The notes below the pieces were generated by a model. The model searched no databases. It saw only the letters and a program-made list of their open reading frames with translations, and had not been told where the DNA came from. Below are positions 1 through 9,456 of a stretch of DNA of 64,000 nt, in pieces. Source of the stretch: an uncultured Acidimicrobiales bacterium (GTDB taxonomy: Bacteria > Actinomycetota > Acidimicrobiia > Acidimicrobiales > JANYDT01); contig CAVXQD010000002.1 of the NCBI GenBank assembly GCA_963763885.1, forward strand, positions 304,389 through 368,388, in the 5' to 3' direction. Position numbers and translations under genes: made by a program. Numbering within the stretch: the first letter of the stretch is position 1; each line of letters begins with the position of its first letter.

Positions 1-278
1 ATGTCCAGCCACGTGGCTTTGAAGACCGCGTTGCGAATAACGGGGACGCCGTCATTGGTCTTGAACAGGAACGCCTTGGTGATGATGCGGTGCGGTGGCG
101 GCAGTACGAATCGTTTGTACGGCGCAAGCAGGAGCCGGCCGCCGTACCACATGGCCATTACGAGACCGAAGACCATCACCGGCCCGATGACCTTGATGGG
201 CCGGAATGGTTCTTTGGTTGCTTGCGGGACGTCGCGCTCGACGCGCGCGATCTCGGTGAGCAACTGCGTATCGGTCAT
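1..278 (-). CDS. NitT/TauT-family ABC transporter permease (partial, runs off window start)
   Basis: Manual translation from ATG at 278: MTDTQLLTEIARVERDVPQATKEPFRPIKVIGPVMVFGLVMAMWYGGRLLLAPYKRFVLPPPHRII...; TM segment plus 'LPPP' motif; ATGA overlap with the ATPase stop. Confidence 0.8.
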   Translation of the reverse strand, partial: MTDTQLLTEIARVERDVPQATKEPFRPIKVIGPVMVFGLVMAMWYGGRLLLAPYKRFVLPPPHRIITKAFLFKTNDGVPVIRNAVFKATWLD

Positions 279-1069
279 TTGGCGGCGACCTTGATTGTGC
301 TGGCGCCGGTGGTCGTTGGCGCCGATGCCCCAGTTACGTATGCCGAGTGCAACGCATCGTTGACAGCACCGGTGAGCCGAGCGAACTCTGGCGTGTACCG
401 GATGGAGTCAGTGCGGGGGTATTCGAAGGGCACGCTGAACTCTGCGATGAGACGGCCCGGGCGGGCTGACATCACCAGGACACGGGTGGACAAGTACACC
501 GCTTCAGAGATGGAGTGCGTGATGAACAAACCGGCGAACTGATTGCGCACGAACAACTGCATCAGTTCGGTGTTGAGACGGTCTCTGGTGATCTCGTCGA
601 TAGCGCCAAACGGTTCGTCGAACAGAAAGACCTTGGGGTTAAGCGTGAGCGACCGCGCCAACGACGCACGCATCTTCATTCCGCCGGAAAGCGATTTGGG
701 GAACTTCTTCTCGAAGCCCTTTAGACCAACAAGCTCGATGGCTTCAGCGGCGAGCCGTGCAGCTTCTGCTTTTGGCATTTTGTGCAGTTCTGCGAACAGT
801 TCGACGTTGCGTTGCACGGTCCGAAACGGCAGCAGCGTTGCGTCCTGAAACACGTAACCGATGGAGCTGCGATCCACCTCGATAGACCCGCCAGTGATGT
901 CCATGAGACCCGATGCCATCTTGAGCAACGTGGACTTACCGCAGCCCGACGGCCCAATGATGGACACGAACTCCCCCGAGGCTACGGAGAAAGTGACGTT
1001 GTCTACCGCGTGGGTTCCATCTGGAAAGACGCGGGAGACGTCGTTAAAGCTGATCTGCGGTACAGACAT
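275..1069 (-). CDS. NitT/TauT-family ABC transporter ATP-binding protein
   Basis: Walker A GPSGCGKST, signature LSGGMKMR, Walker B LFDEPF, H-loop ITHS. Confidence 0.93.
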   Translation of the reverse strand: MSVPQISFNDVSRVFPDGTHAVDNVTFSVASGEFVSIIGPSGCGKSTLLKMASGLMDITGGSIEVDRSSIGYVFQDATLLPFRTVQRNVELFAELHKMPKAEAARLAAEAIELVGLKGFEKKFPKSLSGGMKMRASLARSLTLNPKVFLFDEPFGAIDEITRDRLNTELMQLFVRNQFAGLFITHSISEAVYLSTRVLVMSARPGRLIAEFSVPFEYPRTDSIRYTPEFARLTGAVNDALHSAYVTGASAPTTTGASTIKVAAK

Positions 1070-1132
1070 CCGTGACACCTTACGCAATCGTGAACCCCCC
1101 TGCGGCTGGGCTCCCGCCTGTTCATACGCTTG

Positions 1133-2356
1133 TCACAAAACAGATTGACTGACCGTGGTCTGTGAGACGAGGCGGCCGGATTTCCATACTCGGCGGTGCT
1201 GGTCGCCTCGGGCGATCGCATCGGCCAGGTCCGAGCCCCGGAGCGAGACGAGATCTGCACGGTGGCCCACCGCCAGAAGGGGGGCGGGCCGACCCATTGC
1301 CTGGTGCGCCTTACCCGTGACCGCGTCCCATGCTTCGTGTGGGAGTAGGTGCCCGGCCATGACCATCAGTGCTGCGGTCTCGGTTGGATCGTGGCGGCCC
1401 ATGGAGTTAAAAGGATCGCGGACGTTGTCGGCACCGGCCGCGACGTTGACTCCGGCCTTGCGAAGCGTGTGGATCGCCGTGAGACCTCGAGGCGGGGCGA
1501 CCGAATGGTCTCGCGACTGGAGGAAGAGGTTGGTTTGTGGCAGGGCAATGACGGAGATGCCTGCTGCTGCGACCATCGCAGACGTGTCGGCTTGGCGAGC
1601 GACTTCCTGCACTCCCAGGCTGCAGCAATGGCTGGCCACCGCTCCGCCGGTGTAACCCGTTGCCATGATGCGTTCTGCAAGGTACCGAAGATCCTCGGAC
1701 CCGGGGTCCAGGTTTTCGTCGGTGTGAAGATCGATGTCCCTACCTTCGCGTCCTGCAAGGTCGAGCGCAAGGTCGGTTGCCTGGCTGGCGACGATGTCGA
1801 GGTGCGGACACCCGCCGACGATGACGGATGGGTCCATCATCACGCTTGCGCGAAGCAGCCTGCGGTTCGTCTCGTTGTCAGCGCTGACCCACCCGGTGAG
1901 TGAGACGACCTGTACATCGCACAACGAGGCCACGTCGGCGCGTACCTGGAGGAGCGCTTCCATCGCGGCGAGGTCGATGCCCTCGTGCACATTGACATGC
2001 GTTCTCACGGCGGTAATGCCCGAGGCCACCAGTTCGTGCACCGCCACCGTTGCGCGTCGCACCATGTCGGCGACCGTCAGCGACGGAAAGAAATCCGTCC
2101 ACCCCCGGACAGCCCCCAAGAGGTCGCCTTTCGGGTTAGCAACCAGTTGCGCAGTGAGGACCTTGTCAAGGTGGGCGTGAGGTTCCGCTGGGGCGACAAC
2201 AAGCAAGTCTCCGTCGAGGTCGACGGAGCCAGGTCGTGGGAACTGTCCAGGTGGTGGTTTCTCGACGTTGGTAATCAACCCGCTGAGCGGGTCAACCTCA
2301 ACGTTGATCGCGACGCCGTCGAGGTCCCGCGCGTTGGTGATCCAAAACAGAGCCAC
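1133..2356 (-). CDS. Metal-dependent amidohydrolase, cytosine/creatinine deaminase family
   Basis: HAHLDK metal motif, RTHV, DLHTDE, GADNVRDPF. Confidence 0.88.
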   Translation of the reverse strand: MALFWITNARDLDGVAINVEVDPLSGLITNVEKPPPGQFPRPGSVDLDGDLLVVAPAEPHAHLDKVLTAQLVANPKGDLLGAVRGWTDFFPSLTVADMVRRATVAVHELVASGITAVRTHVNVHEGIDLAAMEALLQVRADVASLCDVQVVSLTGWVSADNETNRRLLRASVMMDPSVIVGGCPHLDIVASQATDLALDLAGREGRDIDLHTDENLDPGSEDLRYLAERIMATGYTGGAVASHCCSLGVQEVARQADTSAMVAAAGISVIALPQTNLFLQSRDHSVAPPRGLTAIHTLRKAGVNVAAGADNVRDPFNSMGRHDPTETAALMVMAGHLLPHEAWDAVTGKAHQAMGRPAPLLAVGHRADLVSLRGSDLADAIARGDQHRRVWKSGRLVSQTTVSQSVL

Positions 2357-2369
2357 GGATTACTTCGGC

Positions 2370-3590
2370 TTACTGCGGCAACGTGAACGAAGGCGACTGG
2401 GATGGAGGTGTAAGTGGTGTGAGTGCGAGACCAGCACCCGGCAGCACTTCCTCTGCCCACATATGAATCTGTTCGGTCATCTGCTGGCGGGACAACCCGG
2501 GGAGATCGAGAAACAGGCAGAGGTGCTCTACGCCGAAGCGTTCGCGGTACATCGAAACAATGTCGATGCAATCTTGCACCGAGCCGATGGCTGCGACTTG
2601 CTGCTCAAAAGAATCTTCCAACGACGGCTGAACGCCGAATGCCAGTTTATTGCCGTCGGCACCCTTGTAATTGGTGAAGCGGCCGTACGGAGCCAAGAAG
2701 CGGGTGAACTCGTCGTGGCCGTTGCGGGCAGTTGACCACGCTGCTTCACGGGTCTTGCCCGCATGCGCGTTGAGTACCAGCACCTTGTTTTCGCCAGGGC
2801 GGAGCGAGGTGCCGTGCGCTTCGTTGTACGTGTCGGTGTAATGCTGCCAGCGCGGAGCCATGAGGTCTGGATGCATCAGCCAATACACGCCGCGGTGCCC
2901 GGCGCGAGGAACGTATTCCATGGTCTCACCGCTGGTGACAGGTTGGTAGATAGGTACCTGGCGGGTGACCTTTGGGACAAGCGTCAACTCGGTGACCGTT
3001 GCACCCCGGTCAGGGATGCCGGTCGGAGGGAACTGGTAATGCTTACCGGTGTAAGAGAAGCGTTCGTTGTACCAAGCAGTTTTGATGACCTCCATCGCCT
3101 CTTCGAACTGCTCTCGGTTGAACGCATCGTCCTTGGCACTCATGTCGTTGTCGCCACTGGCAACACGAGATCCGAGTGTCATTGCTTCGCGTGGCACGGT
3201 GCCTCGACCGACGCCGAACTCCATGCGGCCGCCGGTGAGGATGTCTGCCATCGCAAAGTCTTCGGCGAGTCGCAGTGGATGCCACTGCGGAACCACGTTG
3301 AACATCTGTCCCATTCGGATGCGCTGCGTGTGCTGGGCCATCGCCATGCCAAACAGCACCAGGTTGGGAGTGACTTCGTAACCCTCGTACTGGAAGTGGT
3401 GCTCTGTGAACCACATGCAGTTGAAGCCGGCCGAATCTGCCGCTTTGGCCCACGCTGCGAGATTCTCGTAACAGGCGATGTAGTCCTGTTGGAAGTATCT
3501 GCGATCCGTGGGGGCAGGCCCGACGTTGCCCGCGTCGGGCATCGGGACGGTGCCGAAGAAGTTGAGGTCGCAGCGAAAGGGGGCGGTCAT
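2370..3590 (-). CDS. LLM-class (luciferase-like) flavin-dependent oxidoreductase
   Basis: WFTEHHF, HPLRLAED, GRMEFGVGRG; TAACAT -10 box 6 nt before the ATG. Confidence 0.9.
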   Translation of the reverse strand: MTAPFRCDLNFFGTVPMPDAGNVGPAPTDRRYFQQDYIACYENLAAWAKAADSAGFNCMWFTEHHFQYEGYEVTPNLVLFGMAMAQHTQRIRMGQMFNVVPQWHPLRLAEDFAMADILTGGRMEFGVGRGTVPREAMTLGSRVASGDNDMSAKDDAFNREQFEEAMEVIKTAWYNERFSYTGKHYQFPPTGIPDRGATVTELTLVPKVTRQVPIYQPVTSGETMEYVPRAGHRGVYWLMHPDLMAPRWQHYTDTYNEAHGTSLRPGENKVLVLNAHAGKTREAAWSTARNGHDEFTRFLAPYGRFTNYKGADGNKLAFGVQPSLEDSFEQQVAAIGSVQDCIDIVSMYRERFGVEHLCLFLDLPGLSRQQMTEQIHMWAEEVLPGAGLALTPLTPPSQSPSFTLPQ

Positions 3591-3637
3591 ATCTCGATGT
3601 TAGGTAACTCCCATGACGAGGCGTGAATGAAGTTCTG

Positions 3638-3663
3638 TGAACGTTCTGCCAACTCTGTGCGTA
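3638..3663 (+). promoter_or_regulatory. Putative SigL-type ECF promoter TGAACG-N16-CGTA
   Basis: Matches the mycobacterial SigL consensus TGAACC-N16-CGT and lies upstream of an operon that encodes its own ECF sigma factor. Confidence 0.6.
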
Positions 3664-3711
3664 CCAGTAGTCGTCTCGGTCACTCGGCCGAAGAACACAT
3701 AGGAGAAAGCC

Positions 3712-4212
3712 ATGATTCGTTCACTCGCCGTCCGTCGGTTGGTTGCTGGAGCTGCGATCGTCGCGGCAACTGTCGGTGCTCTTGCAATGGGCGCGGGCCC
3801 AGCGGAAGCCCAAAGCACCAGCACCACCACTGCAGGGAAGACCCTGAAGTTGGGCGTCGCCTCCACAAAGTTGGGCGACATCATCGTGGACGGCAGCGGA
3901 ATGTCGCTCTACATGTTCGCCCCAGACCGCTACAACGTGTCCGTCTGTGAAGGTCAGTGCTTGGCAGCGTGGCCACCGGTGATGCTGCCAGCAGGTCGGA
4001 GTACGTCGGATGTGGAACTCAGCGGGGGGCTTCGCAAGTCGAAGCTGGGTGTGGCGATGCGCGAAGACGGTTCCCGTCAGCTCACCTACAACGGCTGGGC
4101 GCTGTATTACTGGTTCCGTGATGCAAAGGCAGGCGACGTCAACGGCCAGTGGGTTAATAACATCTGGTGGGTGCTCAACGACGAGGGTGTTCCAAACACC
4201 AAGCGCTTGTGA
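3712..4212 (+). CDS. Secreted COG4315/Lipoprotein_15-repeat protein
   Basis: Signal peptide; G-M-S-L-Y-M-F, CxxxCxxxWPP, QLTYNGWALYYW..D motifs; GGAG SD. Confidence 0.85.
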   Translation: MIRSLAVRRLVAGAAIVAATVGALAMGAGPAEAQSTSTTTAGKTLKLGVASTKLGDIIVDGSGMSLYMFAPDRYNVSVCEGQCLAAWPPVMLPAGRSTSDVELSGGLRKSKLGVAMREDGSRQLTYNGWALYYWFRDAKAGDVNGQWVNNIWWVLNDEGVPNTKRL

Positions 4213-4263
4213 TGGTTCAGTAGTTGTATCCGGTGTCCACGGTCCGTCTGAAGGTAGGAAAGG

Positions 4264-4851
4264 TTGACGATGTCGCGTAACCGCTCAATTCGTACGATTC
4301 CTGCTGTGACGGCCGCGGACGTCGACGATCTCCGGGTTCTCTACGACCTTCACGGAGCGGAAATTTTTCGATTCTGCTTTCGGTTGGTCGGCGATCGTGG
4401 GCTTGCCGAAGAAGCAGTGCAGGAGACGTTTTTGCGTGCTTGGCGTGCACACGAACGATGGGAAGCAAACCTCGGTTCCGTTCGCACCTGGCTGTATTCC
4501 ATCGCCCGCAACGTCTCCATCGACCTGTTGCGAGCCCGTTCGGTGCGGCCTCAACTGAACCGTTTTGTCGGCGCGTCTCACCGTCAGGGCGAAAAGACTG
4601 TGGACCTCACCGAACCGAGCGGTACAAGAGACGCATACGATGATCTCTTGGACGGTTGGATGCTTGAAGAAGGTCTGCGAAGACTCCGTGACGATCAACG
4701 CCATGCAATCGTCGAGACTTATGTCAAAGGACGTCCGTATGCGGACGTGGCACAAGAGCTTGGAGTTCCCGATGGAACAATCCGAACTCGGGTCTTCTAC
4801 GGACTAAAAGCGTTACGACTCGCGCTCGAAGAAATGGGTTGGCATGTCTGA
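4264..4851 (+). CDS. ECF RNA polymerase sigma-70 factor (SigL-like)
   Basis: AEEAVQETFLRAW, WLYSIARN, region 4 GTIRTRVFYGLKALR. Confidence 0.92.
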   Translation: MTMSRNRSIRTIPAVTAADVDDLRVLYDLHGAEIFRFCFRLVGDRGLAEEAVQETFLRAWRAHERWEANLGSVRTWLYSIARNVSIDLLRARSVRPQLNRFVGASHRQGEKTVDLTEPSGTRDAYDDLLDGWMLEEGLRRLRDDQRHAIVETYVKGRPYADVAQELGVPDGTIRTRVFYGLKALRLALEEMGWHV

Positions 4852-5591
4852 AATTCCGTGTTCACGCACAACCGATGTCGGCGCATATCTTCTCGGCGGG
4901 CTGCCGCAAGATGAAGCTGTCGCGCTTCGACACCACATTGATCAGTGCGCGTACTGTGCCGATGCGTTGCGTGACTTGCAACCTTTGGCGGACCACCTGA
5001 GCGCCACTGATCTCCGAGCCTTTGCAGGCATGACGGTGGAATCACCTTCGCCGGAATTGCGTGACCGAATTCTGCATCGCGCGTCGGCCGAACCGCTCGC
5101 GGACCTTCAGGATCAGGGTGCCTGGCGCGGCGCGGAACCAATGGAAGGTTGCTGCAGCGACGGTAGCAATCTTCGCTGCGGGAAGCGGTGTTGGGTGGAC
5201 GGCGCGCCTCGCTGCAGCGCCTTCCGCTCCGCCAACCACCCAGCGGACGTACTGGGGTGCCGGCACGGAATCGGCCCCTCAGAAAGTTAGTTTCGTGTCG
5301 ACCGGCGCGGTCGGGCCCAAGGCATGGGCGTCTGTCAGCAGCGGCCCGGCCGGTACGTACGCGGCGCTGTATACCAAGGGACTGAAGCCACACCACACGT
5401 ACAAGTGGTGGTTCGAAAAGGCCGACGGAACTCGCATCGGTCTGGGTTCATTCGTGTTTCCAGAGGGTCAGTCCGACTGGGTTGTGTGCCCGGGGGGCAC
5501 CTCGACTGAGAGGGTGGAACTGAAGGCGATCGGTGCCACCGACGACTATGGCGTCGATGTGCTCCGCGCCGAACTACCAACGCCAACCTGA
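4844..5591 (+). pseudogene. Zinc-binding anti-sigma factor, frameshifted near 5080-5130
   Basis: HxxxCxxC (HIDQCAYC) ZAS motif in frame 4844..5290; TM helix and extracellular domain in frame 5061..5591. Confidence 0.8.
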
Positions 5592-5596
5592 TTTTG

Positions 5597-5662
5597 GCGA
5601 GAGAGGTTGCCCCCAAGAATGGGGGTGATCCACCTCCGAGTTGCGTTACGAGGTGGATTGCC
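5597..5662 (+). repeat. 66-bp double-hairpin REP-like element, copy A
   Basis: 60/66 identical to the reverse complement of 50371-50436. Confidence 0.9.
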
Positions 5663-5688
5663 ACGTTCGTAGCGGCTATCACGGAGGG

Positions 5689-6633
5689 ATGACTGCTCCA
5701 GCCCCGCTTCGCACACGAGTCACCGAACTCCTCGGTGTCGACTATCCGATCATCCAAGCCCCGATGGGATGGATTGCCCGGTCTCAGCTTGCCTCGGCTG
5801 TTTCGAACGCAGGTGGACTTGGGATCATCGAGACGTCATCCGGTGAACTCGACAATGTGAAGCGCGAAATCGAAAAGATCCGCGACCTCACGGATAAACC
5901 GTTCGGGGTCAACATCGCTCAGGCCTTTGTCCGAGACCCCGGTATCGCGCAATTCGTTATCGACCAGGGTGTTCGGTTTGTGACCACTTCCGCTGGCGAT
6001 CCCACCAAGTACACCGGGGCCTTGAAAGCCGCTGGTCTCACGGTATTCCACGTGGTTCCTACGCTCGCCGGAGCTCTCAAAGCAATCGCAGCGGGCGTCG
6101 ACGGTTTGGTCGTCGAGGGCGGCGAAGGCGGAGGATTCAAAAACCCACGCGACGTGGCGCTGATGGTTCTTCTCCCGCTCATCGCGTCGCAGGTCTCTGT
6201 TCCAATCGTCGCTGCTGGCGGCATCACCGATGGTCGATCCATGGCGGCTGCGTTTGCCCTTGGCGCCGACGCGGTGCAGATGGGCACCCGGATGGTGAGT
6301 GCAGCAGAATCACCCGTGCACAGCAATTGGAAAGATGCGATCGTCGGGGCGGCCGAAACAGACACGGTCTTCTTAAACCGATTCTCAAAGCCAGGCTTGC
6401 GGGCATTGCGAACGGAACGCACCACAAAGTTGGAACACGAGGATCACGTCGGAATGGATCAGTTCGGCCGTTCGATGGACCTTTATTTTGGCGGCGACAT
6501 GGAGTCTGCAATTGCCTTATGTGGACAGGTTGCGGGGCGCATCGCCAGCGTGGAACCTGTCGCTGACATCCTGCATTCGACCATTTCGGAGTTCCGCGAG
6601 AACGTCGCCTCGCTCAGTTCCCGCTTCGGCTGA
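5689..6633 (+). CDS. Nitronate monooxygenase / FabK-like flavoprotein
   Basis: PIIQAPM, PFGVNI, EGGEGGG, AAGGITDG, VQMGTR. Confidence 0.9.
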   Translation: MTAPAPLRTRVTELLGVDYPIIQAPMGWIARSQLASAVSNAGGLGIIETSSGELDNVKREIEKIRDLTDKPFGVNIAQAFVRDPGIAQFVIDQGVRFVTTSAGDPTKYTGALKAAGLTVFHVVPTLAGALKAIAAGVDGLVVEGGEGGGFKNPRDVALMVLLPLIASQVSVPIVAAGGITDGRSMAAAFALGADAVQMGTRMVSAAESPVHSNWKDAIVGAAETDTVFLNRFSKPGLRALRTERTTKLEHEDHVGMDQFGRSMDLYFGGDMESAIALCGQVAGRIASVEPVADILHSTISEFRENVASLSSRFG

Positions 6634-6786
6634 GAGCCCAGTCGCCCGGGGGATGGCCTGCGGAATCACGTAGTGCACTTCGACCGTCACCCGCATTGAC
6701 GCCAGTTGGGGCAAATTGTCGCGGTGAACATCGGCACACGGTTTTTCGCCGGTCTCATCACAATCGTGGGCCACAATGCAGCTCTT

Positions 6787-8235
6787 ATGGAATTGCCACC
6801 ACTCACCACCCTCAAAACAATTTTTGACCGTCTCAAGGCGAACGACATCGCTTGGTTCAAAGAACAATGGACATCAGGCGGCTTCGGCTGGCTGAAGGAT
6901 CGTCTGCCTGCAGGCGAATACGACCAAATCGGGTCACGCGTTGACGCTGGTGACCTCAGCCCTCTCAAGGGCGCGTTGGGCAAGCTTGACCTGCCTGGCG
7001 TCGATCTCTTCAAGGGCCTCGCAGGCAACGTTGCAGGTGCCGCAGGAGCAGTAACGGGTGTCGCAGGGGCGGCAACCGGTGCAGCAGCTGCCAAGCTCGG
7101 TTCGTCCACGGCAAAGGTCGGCGGCGCAGCTGCTGCTGGCGTAGCCGGCGCAAAGGCTGTCGTTGATAGCGGCAACAAGAAGAAGGGTGGCCTCATGTGG
7201 GTCATTCCTGCGCTGATTGCCGCTGCATTGCTCGCATTCGGCCTCAGCCGTTGTGGCGGTTCGTCCTCAACGACAACCGACACCACCGTTGTCGCTGTCG
7301 AAGACACCGTTGCCGTGGAAGAGACCGTTGCAGCGGTTGAAGAGACCGTCGTCGCAGAGACCACTGTCGCAGCGGTTGAAACAACCGTTGCAGCGGCGAC
7401 TGAGACCACCGCCGCAGCTGCTGCTGCAGCTGCCACTGGTGACATCCTTGCAACGGCAGAAGGCGCTGGTTCGTTCAAGACCCTCGGCGCAGCAATCAAC
7501 GCTGCAGGCCTGGCCGACACCTTGAAGGGTGAAGGCCCGTTCACGGTGTTCGCTCCGACCGATGACGCATTCGCAAAGCTTCCTGCTGGCGTCGTCGACG
7601 CTCTTCTGAAGCCAGAGAACAAGGACGCGTTGACCAAGGTCCTCACGTACCACGTTGTTCCAGGAATGGTCATGGCTGCCGACGTCACGGCTGGCGAAGT
7701 CGCCAGTGTCGAAGGCTCGCCCCTCACCATCACCACCGATGGCGGCGTGAAGGTCAACGGCGTCAATGTCACCTCGACCGACATCGCAGCTACCAACGGT
7801 GTCATCCATGTCCTCGACGGCGTCCTCGTGCCGCCAACCGTCGACATCAACGCGCTGCTTGGCGCAGCTGCTCCGACCACTGTTGCTGCTGCTGCCGCTC
7901 CTGCTGCACCTGAGTCCCTCACCGTCTACTTCGCCAACGCGTCGTCAGCGCTTGACGCCGAAGCCACGGCAAAGATCGACGGTGCAGTGGCTAACCTCAC
8001 GAAGCTGCCTGCAGGTTCAAAGGTCAGCATCGTGGGTCACGCATCCAAGACCGGCAACTCCGAGGCCAACGACGCGTTGTCCATCGCCCGTGCGAACAAC
8101 GTGAAGGCCGCGTTGGAGAAGGGCCTTGGCGCTGCCGCTAGCGGAATCACCTTCAACGTCGAGGCTCGTGGCGACACGCAGCCTGACGATGACGAAGCCA
8201 AGAGCCGCAAGGTCACCATCGAAATCCAGCCCTGA
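6787..8235 (+). CDS. Membrane-anchored fasciclin (FAS1) + OmpA-like domain protein
   Basis: TM helix, ETTVAA low-complexity linker, [11 protein letters not shown] and [11 protein letters not shown] (FAS1), VGHAS..N..LS..RA..V and RKVTIEI (OmpA_C). Confidence 0.88.
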   Translation: MELPPLTTLKTIFDRLKANDIAWFKEQWTSGGFGWLKDRLPAGEYDQIGSRVDAGDLSPLKGALGKLDLPGVDLFKGLAGNVAGAAGAVTGVAGAATGAAAAKLGSSTAKVGGAAAAGVAGAKAVVDSGNKKKGGLMWVIPALIAAALLAFGLSRCGGSSSTTTDTTVVAVEDTVAVEETVAAVEETVVAETTVAAVETTVAAATETTAAAAAAAATGDILATAEGAGSFKTLGAAINAAGLADTLKGEGPFTVFAPTDDAFAKLPAGVVDALLKPENKDALTKVLTYHVVPGMVMAADVTAGEVASVEGSPLTITTDGGVKVNGVNVTSTDIAATNGVIHVLDGVLVPPTVDINALLGAAAPTTVAAAAAPAAPESLTVYFANASSALDAEATAKIDGAVANLTKLPAGSKVSIVGHASKTGNSEANDALSIARANNVKAALEKGLGAAASGITFNVEARGDTQPDDDEAKSRKVTIEIQP

Positions 8236-8294
8236 TTCGTTCCGGCCTCCGGCCGGAACATCCAGACCTAGCACCGCGCTGGGACAAGTGAACG

Positions 8295-8327
8295 GAAACA
8301 GCCCCCGACATCGCCGGGGGCTGTTTC
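8295..8327. terminator. Bidirectional hairpin terminator
   Basis: 13-bp perfect stem gaaacagcccccg/cgggggctgtttc between convergent genes. Confidence 0.8.
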
Positions 8328-8357
8328 ACATTCCAATCAAGTTCAGGCGAAGCGGGG

Positions 8358-8882
8358 TCAGTGACCTTCGAGCGCCGCTGCATTGAGCTCGCCGCTTGGC
8401 AGCAAGACCGGCGGCTTGTCGCTCCATGGAAAGTCGATCCAACGATCGGTCCGCTTCCACACATATTCGCACTTCACGATGGAATGCGGCTTTTCGTAGA
8501 TGACCGCAACACGAGTTTCGGCAACGTTGCCGACTACGAAATCGTGCACGGCCTTCAGCGTGTGCCCCGTGTCTGCCACATCGTCTACTACAAGGACTTT
8601 CTTGTCCTGCAGGTCCACCAGGTTGAGCTGCGGAGGCAACATCACGGGGAAATCGAGCGTCTCGCCGATACCCGTGTAGTACTCGACCGAGATCACAAAC
8701 ACGTTCTTGATGCTCAACGCGTAGCCCATGGCACCGGCGGGCAACAGCCCACCTCGTGCGATGGCGAGAATGATGTCTGGTCGGTAGCCGCTGGCTGCGA
8801 CCTGCTGGCTGAGCGTGACACCCGCCTCGCCGAAGGAATCCCAGGTCAGGATCTCGCGTTCACCGGGCGGAGGTACTGGCAT
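8358..8882 (-). CDS. Type I phosphoribosyltransferase (xanthine/guanine PRT-like)
   Basis: AIARGG, VLVVDDVADTGHT PRPP motif, WIDFPW. Confidence 0.9.
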   Translation of the reverse strand: MPVPPPGEREILTWDSFGEAGVTLSQQVAASGYRPDIILAIARGGLLPAGAMGYALSIKNVFVISVEYYTGIGETLDFPVMLPPQLNLVDLQDKKVLVVDDVADTGHTLKAVHDFVVGNVAETRVAVIYEKPHSIVKCEYVWKRTDRWIDFPWSDKPPVLLPSGELNAAALEGH

Positions 8883-8934
8883 GCACAAACAGTAATCCAC
8901 CGGCCCGCCCCGACCAGAAAACTCCCAGAAGCGG

Positions 8935-8998
8935 GAGAACACCTCGCAAACGCGCTTCGAGGTGTTCTGCCCCCAACCTTGGGGGCAGCCTCTCTCGC
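8935..8998 (-). repeat. Double-hairpin REP-like element, divergent copy B
   Basis: Reverse complement gcgagagaggctgcccccaaggttgggggcagaacacctc...gaggtgttc keeps both stems. Confidence 0.8.
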
Positions 8999-9005
8999 GG
9001 ACTAG

Positions 9006-9130
9006 TCGGACGCGCCGGTGTGTGATGGGTTGCTCACCTCGGGTTCACTTCGTTCACCGCTCGGACGCGCCGGTGTGTGATGGGTTGCTCACCTCGGGTT
9101 CACTTCGTTCACCGCTCGGACGCGCCGGTG
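9006..9130 (-). repeat. MIRU-like 55-bp tandem repeat (2.3 copies)
   Basis: 9006-9060 is identical to 9061-9115, followed by a 15-bp partial copy. Confidence 0.95.
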
Positions 9131-9423
9131 CCGAGCCGGACGGCTTTGCGCACTACGTCGCGTAGATCTGGTTCCGGGGTGCCTGTCGCGATGAGGTCTT
9201 GCACCCTTGCTTCCAGTTCGGCGGCGAGAGCTTGCTGTGCGCCACCTTGGTTTGCGGGGCGGTCCAGCGTGTTGGCCACGATCAGAATGAGCATGGCGAC
9301 GGCGCCGAACATGCCGAACGCCATAGCGCCGCCAATGGCGCCTTTGATGTTGGTGATGATCATCCCGGCCACGCTGGCGACGCAGCAAACGGCGACGATC
9401 TTGCGCAGCAGTCCGATGCTCAC
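9109..9423 (-). CDS. Small two-TM membrane protein
   Basis: Two hydrophobic helices followed by an amphipathic C-terminus; co-oriented with ettA. Confidence 0.75.
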   Translation of the reverse strand: MSIGLLRKIVAVCCVASVAGMIITNIKGAIGGAMAFGMFGAVAMLILIVANTLDRPANQGGAQQALAAELEARVQDLIATGTPEPDLRDVVRKAVRLGTGASER

Positions 9424-9456
9424 TTGGTGCTCACTTGGTGCTCACCCGTTGCTCAT
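9420..9456 (-). repeat. 11-bp tandem repeat encoding three coupled 4-codon ORFs
   Basis: Minus strand ATGAGCAACGG-GTGAGCACCAA-GTGAGCACCAA-GTGA. Confidence 0.85.

Noticed and set aside
6687-7922. Long antisense ORFs (also 14839-16044, 42137-43729, 36374-37162)
   Set aside because: Shadow ORFs expected from high-GC codon bias opposite well-supported genes
9006-9130. Possible mini-CRISPR array
   Set aside because: The intervening sequences are identical rather than unique spacers, and there are no cas genes; the same applies to 22934-23077
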